Shown: piece after piece, positions 13,486-26,700 of the stretch
Layout of the letters: each line of letters opens with the position of its first letter
How positions within the stretch are numbered: position 1 is the first letter of the stretch
From: Neodothiora populina
Lineage: Eukaryota
Length of the DNA: 64,000 bases
Assembly (NCBI RefSeq): GCF_041146345.1
Contig: NW_027191404.1
Location: 1,984,001-2,048,000 of the forward strand
Direction of reading: 5' to 3'
Notes under the pieces: generated by a model
The model's database searches: none
Told to the model about the DNA's origin: nothing
Seen by the model: only the letters and a program-made list of their open reading frames with translations
Made by a program: the position numbers and the translations under genes

Positions 13486-15513
13486 CTAAAAAGACTCGGT
13501 GGCTACGGATCCACCACGGCCTCCTCTGCCGACTCCTGCTCCACCGCGGGGCGCAAAACCACCACCGCCGCGTGCGCCATTGAAGCCGCCACCGCCTCTT
13601 GCGCCACCACGACCGCCGAATCCGCCCCTGCCGCCGCGACCTCCTCTGCCGCCACGGAATCCGCCGCGGAAGCCAGTGTCGACGCTGCCCTGGCCGAACG
13701 TCTCAAAGTTCTTCTTGCGCTCTTCGCTTCGGAACTCCATGCCTCCGACTCGCTTGCCGTCGTCTTGCGCCGCGCGGCGGTCCTTGAGTTCCGACGAGAT
13801 GTTGTCGAAGAACGAGGTCGACTTGTTGTAAGTGGTCGTGCTCGGGATGACGACGTCGTCGTCGTCGTGGTCTGCTGCTGATGCGCCGTTGGCTTCGTGG
13901 CTCTCTGCTGCTGCGCCGTCTGCCGAGGGCTTGATGTCTGCGCTTGGTGGACCAAGAGGGTCGCCGGAGGCGATTGCTTCTTTGACCATGTCTTGCTTGT
14001 CGAACTTTGCGTTGCTTGCCTCAAAGTCGAAGTCGGCCGCGGGCACCTCGACGGGCTTGGACTGCTGCGTGCTGGGACGTCTGCCGCCACGACCCCCGCG
14101 GTGACCGGTAGGGAAACCTGCGTTGCTGGCGTGGCGTGGGTTCCTGTTGCGGTCGTCGGTGCGCATCTCACCAACCTTCTTGGTCAGGTTGTCCACCGCT
14201 CCGTCGCTAGGCTTAGCGCTCTGGACTGGGCCGAGTTTGGCCATGGCAGCTGCAACGGCCGCAGCCGCGGCTTGAGTGGCACTCTGTGCGGCAGATCCAG
14301 AATTGGCTGCCTGGGCTGTGTTGCCAGGCTTTGACTGCAACGGGACCGGCTGAGGCCCTGATCTGACATTGGGACTCTGTAGCGGGAGCGCAACGCGGTT
14401 GCTTCTGGGTCCCGAGGGTGCGGGTTTCTGCTGTTGCTGTTGCTGTTGCTGAGGCGGGGCGGTGGCAGCGGCCTGATCAGGCTTCGAATCGTTAGGCGGG
14501 GGTGGGCCGACTCCAGAAGGTAGCTCTGTTGGCGACGGCTTCGACTGCGGCGGAGTGGGCTGCTGACCGGCTTCTTGGGTAGCACCAGGGCGCTGCGCAT
14601 TAGGACCGGGAGTAGTCTGTTGATTTTGCAAACCAGGTGGGCCGATGGTCGGGGGTGGGAAAGGTCCGGGTGGGCCTCCTTGAGGAAATCCCTGTCCAGG
14701 TGGGAACCAGCCCGGAGGCGGAGGACCGTATTGCATGCCATAGCCAGGAGGTGGTGCGCCAGGGCCACCGGGGAACCCATGTGGACCACCAGGAGGAGCG
14801 AAACTTGCATTTGGCTGAGGAGGAATGGGGTAGCCGTAGGGAGAGAAGGGTGGCGGCTGAGGACCCCGCCACTGCTGACCTGGGGGAGGTTGTTGCTGTT
14901 GCTGTTGCTGCTGCGGCTGCTGTTGGAAAGGAGGCTGCGAAGACTGAGGCGCAGCTCCTGGCGCTGGAGGTCCACCTGGGTGAGGTCTTGCGGCCTGCAA
15001 AAGTAGTGTATCAGCTTAGCTACAGGTGGGGCGGTGCGCAGGGAGAGCAGGGCTGACAGCGGAGATGCCACAAAGCAGGGATACATACACCGAGGATGGC
15101 AGGGTCATTGGGCATTTGCGGAGGCTGAGGGGGCTTGTTGTCCTTGGGAGTCTCGACAATAGTCAAGTCCTTGACGTCGCTGCCCCGAAAGACGATGTAG
15201 TCGTAGATTTGATCGTTCGGGCCAATCTCTTCATTGGGATTGCCGCGTCTGCCTTCCGTGCCGTAGGATCGAACATTCTCCAATGCAACCGTGGAGTTCT
15301 CCGAGTTGATTTCATGTAGAGTACCGACATATCTGACACGATTGGGTCAGTGGACGCGACGACGATGGGTCAAGTGTTGGGCTCACTTGATGTCGCTCTT
15401 TGAGATCAGCGATATGCGAGATCTGTAACAACGATGATTTGATTAGCTTGACGAGCTGACACGGAACGCGTTGACATAAATTGGCGAAAGACGTACCCGA
15501 TGAACTCGGACAT
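13486..15513 (-). CDS. SCD6: LSm14/Scd6/Sum2 P-body translational repressor; exons 15513-15497, 15422-15387, 15332-15089, 14994-13486
   Basis: Spliced N-terminus MSEFIGSRISLISKSDIKYVGTLHEIN...YIVFRGSDVKDL (LSm14 domain), then DFDF, FFD and TFG boxes and an RGG tail. Three canonical GT-AG introns. Confidence 0.95.
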
Positions 15514-16546
15514 GTTGCGCAGAAAAGCTATGAAGAGGTAAGGAAAGGTAGAGCGATGCAATGCGCGACGACAAAGGTAAAGTAAATGAAGTTGTGCGAT
15601 AGGTGAAGAGGTGGAAGAAGAGTAATGTGTGGAGGACGTGTGCCACTTTGATGTGCAGCAAACGTCGGCAACAATAAGAACAACGACTTGCGTCAAGCAC
15701 CTGAAGTTACCCTGAGCCAGGTACAGAAAGTGACGATAATGAGGGGCAAACGACAGTGAATGCTTCGTACAGTGTACAGTAAAGGTGAAGTAAGGTAGGA
15801 GTGCAGAAACTACTCCGAAAGCTGAAGGTATTGACAGAGATCACTTACTGTGCAATTGACAAGCACTCACAGTACCACCTTTACCTTTACGACATCCAAC
15901 CCTGCCACTCTCTGCTGTACAGTAGGTAACTCAGCACTCTAAGCTCCCGTACCAGTAGCTTCATCTGGGCCGCAAGTGGACTACAAGTATGGACTACCGA
16001 ACTATACCCGTCAACGATAGCAACAGTCACAGAGTGGACGTCTTACCTCATATCGCCTTTCCCCACACCCCAAATCATGTCTGAAAGCTGTCTGGATATT
16101 TCCATGCCGTTTGGTAAACATTCGCCCGAGATCAAGTAGCAGACATATAAGGCTTGGGATTTGCACTTCATCCAGTCCTCGAATTACCTCCACTCATCCA
16201 GGCCCTGATTACCTTAGCTACTCGGTACAACAACCGTATACTCATTGTCACGCCTCACAAACGTCAAACATGAGTCAAGCGGTGGCGGTCGAAGAGCCCA
16301 CCGCACTTTACCACCAACATTCCTGACGTTGTTCTTGAGGGATCATCCACCCCCAGTCAAGCTCCGAAGCGCAAGAAGCCCTGGAATAAGGATGTTGCTA
16401 CGACGCGTTGCAAACCACGCTGCTGAATGCTGGACCCCAAGTCTGAATGTGAATTCCCAGTTCTATTCGAACTTGTTCTCGCGGCCTCTTGCGTTATGCA
16501 AGCTCTGAAACCTCGAGTAGATCTACATGGAACAACTACCTAAGAC

Positions 16547-18671
16547 TCACAACACTGCCTCTAATACCCGATCCTGAAACCTGTTCAGCTGACCCTTCAT
16601 CAATCTGAGCGCCATGTCCAGTGCCATGAACTTGGCATGCCAGTCAATCTCTTCCGGGGGCTGCCCAGCAACACTCGAGACTATTTCCACTGCGCGGTCT
16701 TCCGCCTGATCATCTGGCCCCGAGGCCTCAGGCTCGAGCTCTACGCCTACCACAGCAAAGCGTCCGCCCACTCCGCCGAAACCAAGGTTCCAGCTGACCT
16801 CGTACCTCTCTACGACATGTCCTGCACGCTGTTCGGGCTCAAGCGGTGTTCGTGATCCGTTTGGCCCTACTGCAAACCTGTGCACGACAATCTCTTTCTC
16901 TTGACAGGGACTGCCACCACTGAAGCCGAGTCGGGATGATATTCCAAGCCAGCTCGCTGCTGCTGTTCTGGCTGCCTCCTCCTTTTTGGTCCCGGAGTCC
17001 ATCTGCGGAACTTCGAGCCGTGACAGCATAGCAGCAGCCAGCCGTGCCGCTTCGGGTCCTCGTAGTCTGTCACGCCTTCCAGAGAAGTTAGCTCGGAGAA
17101 GATCGGTGGCAAGAATCCGTTTCATCTCCGCGTATGCAGCTCCTGTCTCTGCTGGTCGAAGCTGGCGCTGGTCGTTACCTGGAGGCTGATGACCGTAGTC
17201 GTCGCCTCGCATTTGCTCTCCGCTGTACTCATGCCGCTCATTATAGCCTGGTGCGCGATCGCGCGCACTGCCGTTGGACTCACCATTGACGAGCACGGTT
17301 GGAGTGGCAAGACGAATTGGTCCGCCTGTGTGTGGCGGTACCTGTACCTGTAGCCGTTCGGGTCTCCCAATGGCATGCTGCTGGCCATCACCGTTGTGAC
17401 CCATTGAAGGAGACACGTACGCACTGGGCATTTGCAGAGGACTCCTGTCGCCATGCGTAGAATTGGGCCCAGCACCGGGAGTAGCACGTTGGCTTGAAGG
17501 CGTCCTCTCTGAACTTGGATCTGCCGGGAAGGTCGTAAAAGGCCCTTCTTGAACATTTCGATTCACTGGCGGTCGACCTCTCAGCTTCGAACCGCTTGCA
17601 GCACTGATGCTTGGCCATGCTGAAGATACCGCAGGGCCATGCTTTCGCCGTGACCGAGCTTTGTTCGCCGATGCCGCATTGGCTGATGATGGTTCTTCAA
17701 AATTCGATAACGACCTCCTCGGTTCAATTGCAGACATCGGATGAGGCGTTATAGGCCCATCAGCGTTATGGAAACTCCATTTCGTGTCATGATTGGCACG
17801 AGGATACACAGCCGAATGTGGGGCTCCCTGCCTGGGTGGAAAATTGTCCGACGTGACGGCGGATGTAGGCTCCCACGGTTCCTGTTCATAAGCATCTGGC
17901 CGCGCCCGCAGTGGTATCCCGCTGGCAGGGTGAGCGGACTGCGGCTGTGCGTACAGAGTCTGGCCTTCGAAGGTGAAGGACGTGGTGAGCAAAGGTCGTT
18001 TTGGCTGTGCCGCCTCCTCCTCAGGAGACTCGTTTCGCTTTCTGCCTCGCTTTGGTCGAAACGAGGGATCGAGAGCTCGAATGGCAAGGTCTTCCTCCGC
18101 CGGCACTCCGTCCCTCCCCTGAGCCGGGTGCGGATCATGAGGAGGCGGCAAGTCCGAAAAATATGTATGTCTCTTGCCAAGCAGGTACTCGAAGAAAGCA
18201 TCAACGTGCATTGCATGCATCCATCTCTGCGGGCAACAGTCAGAAAAAGATCATCGCCTTTCCCCCAGATTCGCTGTGGTTACCTACCTTCAGCCGGACA
18301 GAATATTGTTGGACCTTCTGAACACTACCGCCCTTCTCCGCGGACGGTGGTTCGACCCCGAGATCAAGAGCAAGCTGGGCCCAGGTCTTGATCTCCTTTG
18401 AATCGAATTTCTGAATAAGCTCCCAGAGGGTATATATATTGAAGTCCTTGCCATCGCTTCGTGGAGGACATTTGAAGATACGCTTCAGTTCAGAGGTGTC
18501 AACGTCGGATGGATAGTATGGATTGCAATAGAGGATGAACTGGACATATGCGTCGGCTATCGACTCGTTTGTCACATCCTTGGCAGGCAGACTCCTCTGG
18601 ACACGTGCCGGACCTGACGCATCGTCTAGTTGTGGCATGACGGGATATCGTGGATCTGACGGACTGGCCAT
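16547..18671 (-). CDS. ABP2: ARS-binding protein 2 (Abp2)-family DNA-binding protein; exons 18671-18288, 18226-16547
   Basis: DAYVQFILYCNP, PPRSDGKDF, and QKVQQYSVRLKRWMHAMHVDAFFEYL across intron 18227-18287; AT-hook-like RPKRGRKR and RGRPP. Confidence 0.85.
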
Positions 18672-19014
18672 GATGACAGCAGTTGACCAAGATTGAGCGC
18701 GCGCAGTTTACTCGAGAACAGTAACTTTGTCTGGCGCGTATAAGAAAGGATGGCGTTGATAGATGATTTCTGGGAGCACGCAATTCTGCGTACTGCACGT
18801 AGACGAATAGAATTGTCTCCTTCCGACACTTTACCCACGAGTTCCAACACCGTCCAGCGATGAGGAATTGTCAGGCTAGCGGAGCTTGGGACGACGGTAG
18901 TCGACGCTTTGCTTCACCTGCACGCACAGCGAGGGTGTCCGTCGTGCTTCTCACCGGGAACGAGCGGCTGCGGCCAGCCTTGCTGTACACAAGCAACGAG
19001 CAGCGACGACGATG

Positions 19015-19045
19015 TGGGAGGACGGGGTGTGGGAGGACGGGGTGC
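19015..19045. repeat. 15-bp direct duplication TGGGAGGACGGGGTG x2
   Basis: Seen directly upstream of ABP2. Confidence 0.8.
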
Positions 19046-19818
19046 AGATAGTTATGTTTCTTGTCGCCGTGGTAGATAGCTTTGTATATACACAATCACA
19101 ACGACCAAATTCTTTTAGCCGACATTAAAACGTCACAGTACGAGGGTTTAAAGAAGAAAATAAGGACAATTAGGTAGCAAAAACTGTTCTACAGGATCCC
19201 CCGGCACCCCCGTTTACACTGGGGGCGAAAGCGAATACTGGCGGCTCGTCCCTCCCAGCCGGGTGCATCCTTTGGTCGGTAATGCCCGAGCTTCGAGAAG
19301 TGCCGGATAGCGTGCTGCGTTGTGCAGTCAGGTCTGGTATAGCGAAGCACGAGAACATTAGAGCTTCCCAGATACTTTTTGGAGCTTGTTTTGTATGGGG
19401 ACCTAGGCTCGGTAAGGTACTGCAGGTACCTGTACGTGAGCTTCAGGAGAAGGAAGAGAGCGCAGCAGAACGACCACATGCAAGTCATCCCTATGTGGGG
19501 AACCTCGGCAGCTCGCCGTCACAGGCATATGCCTATAAAAGGCAATTACGTCCGGCTCTCCCTGAACTGAGCATTAACCTCGCCTATCGGTTTTGTGGTG
19601 TGTAAAGTGAGTACGATAAAATCTCCAAACAGTCCAGCGACTCAGCTCTGAAAATAAGTACAAATCGTCGAGCCTTCCCTTTTCTGCTGAATCTGTGGAA
19701 GTTCTTGTGTGGCTTGTTCGCTTTCCGTTTTCTGGATATATCTACTATATCTAATCTACTCTTCCTATCGCGAAACGAGAGCTCTCGCTTAGCTTGAGAT
19801 ATTTCTTTCCATTCCATC

Positions 19819-20897
19819 ATGTCTGACACTACCACTGCTACCAAAGCAGCTCAGGAGGTGCGCGAGTCCACCAGCGTCGCTCCTTCGACCACTGCTGCCC
19901 AGCAGTCGGATAATGTAGCTCATGCGCTGTCCGGCGCAGGAGGTGGGCTTTTGTCCATGGCTCTGACCTACCCCCTCATCACACTTTCCACTCGTGCGCA
20001 GGTCGAGTCCAAGAAAGCAGACACCAACACTCTCGCTGCAGCTCGACGCATCGTCGCGCGCGAGGGCGTCAGCGGTCTCTATGCCGGTCTGGACTCTGCC
20101 CTGTTCGGCATCACCGTGACCAACTTTGTCTACTACTACTGGTACGAGTGGTCGCGCTCTTTCTTCCTCAAGGCCGCGCGTGTCGCACAGCGTCCTGGCG
20201 GCAAGCTCACGACTCTGGAGAGCATGGCCGCCGGAGCGCTGGCTGGTGTCGCGACCGTCCTCATCACCAACCCCATCTGGGTCGTCAACACGCGCATGAC
20301 GGCCAGAAAGTCAGAGAGCGACGAGAGCGTGTTGCCCGGTGGCGGCTCAGAGAAGAAAGTCAAGGCCCCGAGCACGCTCGCCACGCTCCTGACGATTATC
20401 CGCCAAGAAGGCTTCAGCAGACTGTTCGCGGGCGTCTTGCCTGCACTGGTCTTGGTCATCAACCCCATCTTGCAGTACACCATCTTCGAGCAGCTCAAGA
20501 ACGCAGTGGAGAAGCGCAGGAGAGTCACGCCGACGGACAGCTTCTACCTCGGTGCCATCGGAAAGCTGCTCGCCACTAGCATTACTTACCCGTACATCAC
20601 TGTCAAGAGCAGAGCACACGTCGCCAGCGGCGAGGGGTCGAAGGAGGGCATGATGAGCAGTTTCTCGCGTATCTTGCGCGAGGAGGGCTGGGCTGGACTT
20701 TACGGAGGTGAGCTTTTTTCTTTTTTTTTCCCCCGGTTACTCTTGTCTACTTGAAACTAACATAAATGACAAAAGGCATCGGACCAAAAGTCACCCAGAG
20801 CGTCATCACGGCCGCATTCCTCTTTGCGTTCAAGGACGCTCTGTACGGCATGACCATCAAGGCCCGCAAGACGATTGCGGCGAAGAGGGCGTTGTAA
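19819..20897 (+). CDS. PMP47: Peroxisomal solute carrier PMP47/SLC25A17-like (mitochondrial carrier family); exons 19819-20707, 20776-20897
   Basis: AHALSGAGGG, TYPLITLSTRAQV, NFVYYYWYE, TNPIWVVNTRM and LVINPILQYTIFEQLK. Intron 20708-20775 yields GIGPKVTQSV. Confidence 0.9.
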
Positions 20898-21429
20898 TGC
20901 TAACAATGACAATCACGCCCCTGGAGGCAGGCTCTCGAGAACGTGTTTTCAGAAAGCGAGTGGTTCTCCATCTCACGATCAAACCATGCCTTTCGGTCTT
21001 TTTTTTTCCATGACTCGGGAAAAGGGGGGTTGGGTCGGGACAAGGGGGATATCATGTACGAAATGCAAAACAACAATTCGAATGTACTGATATTGGTTTC
21101 ATGCTTTGTTTATGCGAGTGGGAGGGGGTATCTATTCGAGTACAGTACGCAGCTTATATCAAATCCAATCAAAGATAATAGACGGAGGCCAGTAAGCATA
21201 ACAACAACACAAACGCCCAGAGAAACAAAATCACCCCTGTCCGCGTTCAATGTCTTTCTGAAAACAAGCAAGCAAATTAGGCAACTGACGACAAGGAATA
21301 TACTCGCGTGCAAGGAGGATGTCAACACCGATCTGTCCTGTTGGCTGCGTATCATTCGTGGATTTCTAGACTCTGGTTCTGTTTCTTCTCTTTCTTGCTT
21401 TCTTTTCTTGACCAAGGATATCGCGTGCT

Positions 21430-23085
21430 TCATCTCTGTCTCGCAGTGTTGGTGTCCTGAGATACATTCTCTGTAGCAGAAGACGAGGTCGTGGCGGTTT
21501 TATCCTCGGACTGATCCAGCAGGGGGATCTTGTCGACGCTCTGATTGCGAGCGTGATCCGCATGAGCGCCACCGGTCGTCGAGTCCTGTTTATCAGTCGA
21601 CGAAACAGACGAAGACTCAAGCGTGGTAGGCCTTCCCGCCTCAGGGGTGTTCTGCCATTTCGACACCTCCTTCCTGAGCGCGTCGAGCTCCTTTTCCATG
21701 CGTTTGCCGAACACGTCAATGTAGAACGTGGCGCCATTGTAAGTGGCCCACGTGAAGACGGCCATGAGGAACGAGGCGCTGGCCCAGCGGTACCAGAACC
21801 AGATCGGGCAGGGCAGCATGGTCAGTAGCGCGTAGAGATACTGGATCACCATGAAGGCGGGCTCCTGTAGCGCGTTGGGTAGGGACAGCACGGCTCTGCC
21901 GAGGACAGTCTTCGAGTAGGATTTGCGGAGCCAGGTGAAGGAGGTGGGACGGCCTGGAGGGAGTTGGTCAGATTGAGAGTTTGTGATGAAGAGAAAAGGA
22001 AGATGCTTACCTGCTGCAATCTTCTCGCGACGTCTGACTGTGATCAGAAAGTGATAACCCAGCTGCCACACGGCATACGGTACCGTGGACCAGACGATCA
22101 TGGACCCGAGCGAGTAATGCTCGGGAGAGCCTGGCGGCGAGTACTTGATACTGTAAATGGCAGGGAACTTTTGCTTTTGTAGCTCGGGGGAGATGAGATG
22201 CACAATGCAGTGCAAGGTGGCGCATGGCATGATGTGGATGAAAAGACTGGCGACCTTGTCCATGGAGTGGAAAACGAGGGAGTTTCTCCACATGGCAATG
22301 GCGATTGCATTGTTACCGAGGGCCAAGCAAAAGGTGCTGATGAACAGACGCTTGCTGCCCGGAAAGAACCAGACGGTCAGGACCATGAGCAGATTGACGA
22401 AATAGCACAGGTCGGCGAGGAAGTAGTGGTAGCCGATCTTGTGATATTTGTACCAGCGGATCGGCATGAAGTAGCACAGCTGTACCGTGTACCAGTAGTG
22501 GAAATACTGAGGATAAGCTCCGATGAAATAGCCAGACAGGAAGATGTTCAGGACACCGGCAATAAAAGACATCTTCTCCGTGGCAGTGACGGTTTTGGCG
22601 TCCTTCCATCTTTTATTTATGCGGTCCACATTGCCGCGCATGCGTCTCTTGTACTTGTCGAGCTGCTCCTCGGCGGTGGGAAGACGACGACGCCATTCCT
22701 CGACGACCTTTTCTTTTGCAGAGATGCCACTGGACTTGAGTTGCTGTTGGTGTTTGCGGACCTTTTCCGTCTGCAGAGAGAAGGCGTGCTGCAGACGTTC
22801 TAGACGCTGAGGTAGGGCAAGGTTTTCCAAGATGTCCAGCATGGTCAGACGATCGAGAGGAGGAAAAGACTCATCGTCGGCCTCGCTCATACTGTTGTGG
22901 GACACCGTCCTCGACAGCAGAGCATCGCCAGGGGTAGTGGGTGGTGAGGAAGACGAGGCATCTTCCGCGTTCAAGTAGTCCGTGTTGGAAGGGGGTGGAG
23001 TGTCGGATTCAGCGACGAGATTGAGGGAGCCCTCCGACTTGGACTTTGGGATGTCGACTCGTGGTGTTGTTTCTGACGCGGACAT
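21430..23085 (-). CDS. GPC1: Glycerophosphocholine acyltransferase (DUF2838); one intron at 21954-22010
   Basis: YHYFLADLCYFVN, WRNSLVFHSMDK, SLFIHIMP, GRPTSFTWL and NGATFYIDVFG. Confidence 0.9.
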   Translation of the reverse strand: MSASETTPRVDIPKSKSEGSLNLVAESDTPPPSNTDYLNAEDASSSSPPTTPGDALLSRTVSHNSMSEADDESFPPLDRLTMLDILENLALPQRLERLQHAFSLQTEKVRKHQQQLKSSGISAKEKVVEEWRRRLPTAEEQLDKYKRRMRGNVDRINKRWKDAKTVTATEKMSFIAGVLNIFLSGYFIGAYPQYFHYWYTVQLCYFMPIRWYKYHKIGYHYFLADLCYFVNLLMVLTVWFFPGSKRLFISTFCLALGNNAIAIAMWRNSLVFHSMDKVASLFIHIMPCATLHCIVHLISPELQKQKFPAIYSIKYSPPGSPEHYSLGSMIVWSTVPYAVWQLGYHFLITVRRREKIAAGKHLPFLFITNSQSDQLPPGRPTSFTWLRKSYSKTVLGRAVLSLPNALQEPAFMVIQYLYALLTMLPCPIWFWYRWASASFLMAVFTWATYNGATFYIDVFGKRMEKELDALRKEVSKWQNTPEAGRPTTLESSSVSSTDKQDSTTGGAHADHARNQSVDKIPLLDQSEDKTATTSSSATENVSQDTNTARQR

Positions 23086-23775
23086 GGCGGCTCAGGCGGT
23101 GAGTGGAAGAAAGAGAAAGTGGGAGAACAGGAAGGTAGCGGAGTTTATGGCAGGAGCTCTCAGGCAACCATGAGTGCAGGTGTGATGTAGCTTAGCTTCT
23201 CGCAGCAAGCAAATTGGTGTTGAGTGTAGACGTGTTGGTTAAGCAGTGTCCAGAGTTCTAGTTTTGTTCTCGATGGAAGCGCTGCTCAAAGAATAATGCA
23301 AGTATATTTAATATAAAGACAATACCAGAAGAATATAGCACAAATGCCTGCATCCTACAAGTAATTATGGGCTTCGGTGGTCAGGTCCTGCTGCCCCGTG
23401 CCCCTGGCATTTGACGTCATTGGTCTGGCACATGCAGATGCACGGTTGCATAAAGGACCTAGGACCCTAAGGTACTGTATCTGTGCAAGTTGCACAAGTC
23501 CGTGTTGTGAAAGACCAGAAGACCAGAGGACCAGAAGAGCAGGAGCAGAGCCGAGACGCGACCCGCCCGCGTTCCTGCCGCGTCGATGATCGCGTCCTCC
23601 ACAAAGCCATCCTCGAATAATACTTGTACAGCACAGTTGTCGCTGTCCAATTCTATATTCTATATTCTATAGCCCGTAACCAAGTGGCTGCGCGGTCTCG
23701 TCCTTGTCCATCATAAAGGCTTACTGAGTGTCGCCGCCCGCACTGCGACAAGCTCAGGCCAGGCATACCGTCGTC

Positions 23776-26700
23776 ATGGGCAAATTGATCCGCCTCGAGT
23801 TGTTCAACTTCAAATCATACAAGGGCCACCATGTGCTTCTCTTCAACGACTCCTACTTCACATCCATCATCGGCCCCAATGGCTCCGGCAAGTCCAATTC
23901 CATGGACGCAATCTCCTTTGTCCTCGGCATCAAGTCTTCGCATCTGCGCTCATCACATCTTCGCGACCTGGTCTACAGAGGCCGCGTGCTGAAGCACTCG
24001 CGCATCGCCGCTGACGGCACCGCCACCGAGACAAATGGTCATGCTGCCGGATCCACAGACCCTGCCACTCGAGCAGGCGCAGAGGGAGAGCAGGCAGAAG
24101 AGGAGGAGGAACAGCAGCAGCCAGAGGAGGAGGAAGACACACAGGAGAGCAGCGAGCAGCAAGACCCGTCCACTGCTTGGGTCATGGCAGTCTACGAGGA
24201 CGATGCTGGAGACGAGCAGGCCTGGAAGCGCTCCATCAGCAACGCCGGTCAGTCGGAATATCGGATCAACAACCGCGTCGTGACCGCCAGACAATACAAC
24301 GACGCTCTCGAGGCCGAGAATATCCTCATCAAGGCCAGAAACTTCCTTGTCTTCCAGGGTGATGTTGAAGCCATCGCCTCCCAGAGCTCAAAGGATCTCA
24401 CCAGGCTCATCGAGCAGATCAGTGGGAGTTTGGAACACAAGTCCGACTACGACCGTCTGAAGCTTCAAGCCGAAAAGGCCGCCGAAGACCAGGCCTTCAA
24501 GCTCGCCCAGCGCAGAGGCATCAACTCCGAACTCAAGCAATACCTCGAACAGAAGCGGGAAGCCGACAACTATGCCCACAAGGCCGAGGAGCGCGATCAC
24601 GCCATCGTGAATCACGTTCTCTGGAAGTTGTTCCATCTCCAGTCGCTCATCGACCAGTCCGAGGTCGACATTGCAAAGCATCAGGAAGAGCTGAAAGAGC
24701 ACAGGCGCAACGTTGGCGCCTACGAAGCAAGGCTCGCCGACGCTCAGAAGGACCAGGCCAAAGTCGCCCGCGATGTCAGCAGACTTGAGAGACATATCAA
24801 GAACAAGCAGAAAGACGTCGAGGACAAGGAGAACGAGCTTCTCCCCGTGAACGAAAAGATTTCCCTCTCCAACAAGAAGCTCGAGGCACTGCGTAAGCGC
24901 GCTGCTGATGTCAATGCCGAACGTGACGCTCAGGCGAAGACTGTCACTCAACTAAGAAAGGACTTGTCTGTTGTGCAGAGAGCCCAGACCAGATGGGAGG
25001 CAGAATGGAGTGCCACCCAGCAACAGGCCGGTCGCGAACTCACCCCTGCGGACCTGGATGAGTACAACCGTCTGCGTGGCGACATCAACAAGCGCACAGC
25101 CGCTGATCAGATCAAGCTCGACAATCTCACTCGTCAAGTCAAGACCGATGAAGAGACCGTGGGCAGTCTCAAGAGCAAGCTCGACGCCACTGAGGATCAC
25201 GTCTCCAAACTGGAGAGTGATCTGTCTGATCTGCGATCTCGTCGCGATCAGCTTGGCTCGAGCATCAAATCGCTTGTCAAAGAAATCGACACGAAGAAAA
25301 AGGACTTCAACACCATGACCTCGGAGAGACTGCGTGCCGCGCAGACTCACACTGAACTCGAAGAGAAGCTGACCGAAGTATTACATAAATTGAACGATGC
25401 TTCAGTTTCCCAGCGAGAGTCGGAGAAGGAAGCTCGTGCTCGTGAGACCATCGCTGCCATGAAGAGGATCTTTCCCGGAGTGCGAGGCCAATTATGGACT
25501 CTTTGCAAGCCGAAGCAGAAAAAGTACAACGTGGCTGTCAGCACTGTTCTGGGCCGTCATCATGACTCTGTCGTTGTCGACACGGAGAAGACTGCAAAAG
25601 ACTGCATCCAGTATCTTCGAGACCAGCGCGCAGGCCAGGCTACCTTCATTCCTCTCGACACCATCATGCACAAGCCACCAAATGCTAACCTCAAGGGTAT
25701 GCATAGAGGTATGCGCTTGGCTTTGGACACGATAGACTATGAGAACGCCGTGGAGCGCGCTGTGTCCTATGCTTGCGGCAATAGCATTGTCTGCGACGAC
25801 CTCGCCATTGCCCGCTATTTGTGTTATGAGAGAAACGTGGAAGCCAAGGCTGTCACCCTTGATGGTACAGTCATTCACAAAGGCGGTTTGATGACTGGCG
25901 GTCAAGGCTCGAATGACCAGCGCAACGCACGCAAGTGGGAAGGCACCGAGGTTGAAAATCTGCGACGCCTGAAAGACAAGTTCCTGGCTGATATTGCGGC
26001 ACTGCCCAAGGGCCATAGAAGACAGGCCGAGGAGGAAACTCTGCAAGGCGAACTTGTCGGTCTGGAGTCACGCCGAGCATTCGCTGAAGACGAACTTCGC
26101 GCCATCAATGCCAACTTCGAGAGCAGAGGCAGAGAGCTCAATCACGCTCGCAACCAACTTGCCGAGCTGGAACCCAAGTACGAAGAACAGTCCCAGGGAT
26201 TGACGACACTCCGGGCACAACTGCAGCAATACTCAACTGCTGTGGAAGGTGTTGAAGACCAGATCTTCGCTGGGTTTTGTCGACGACTTGGCTATTCGAC
26301 TATCAGAGCATATGAAGCCCAGCAAGGAACGCTTCAGCAGGAAGCTGCCCAGAAGAAACTCGAGTTTACGACGCAGCGCAGCAGACTGGACAATCAGCTT
26401 GCCTTTGAGACTCAGCGTTTGCAGACAACCGAAGACCGTATCGCCAGACTCCAGAATGACGCAAGAGAAATCGAGCAGACCATTGCAAGCCTCCAAGAAG
26501 CAAAAGAGGCTCTGAACGAGCAGCTCGATCAGCTGAATGCAGAGGCTGAGCAGCTGAACGAACAGCTCACCGCGCAGAAAGTACGCTACGAAGAGAAGTC
26601 GGACAAGGTCAATGAGCAACGGCGTGAGGTCGCGAAGCGGTCAAAAGCATTCGAGGGCACCAACAAAGCAATCGCCGCACTGCAAGAAGAGGTGCAAAGA

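Noticed and set aside
19530..19548. U5 loop-1-like GCCTTTTA on the minus strand
   Set aside because: It lacks the invariant GCCUUUUAC and the flanking stem, and is better read as a plus-strand TATAAAAG box.
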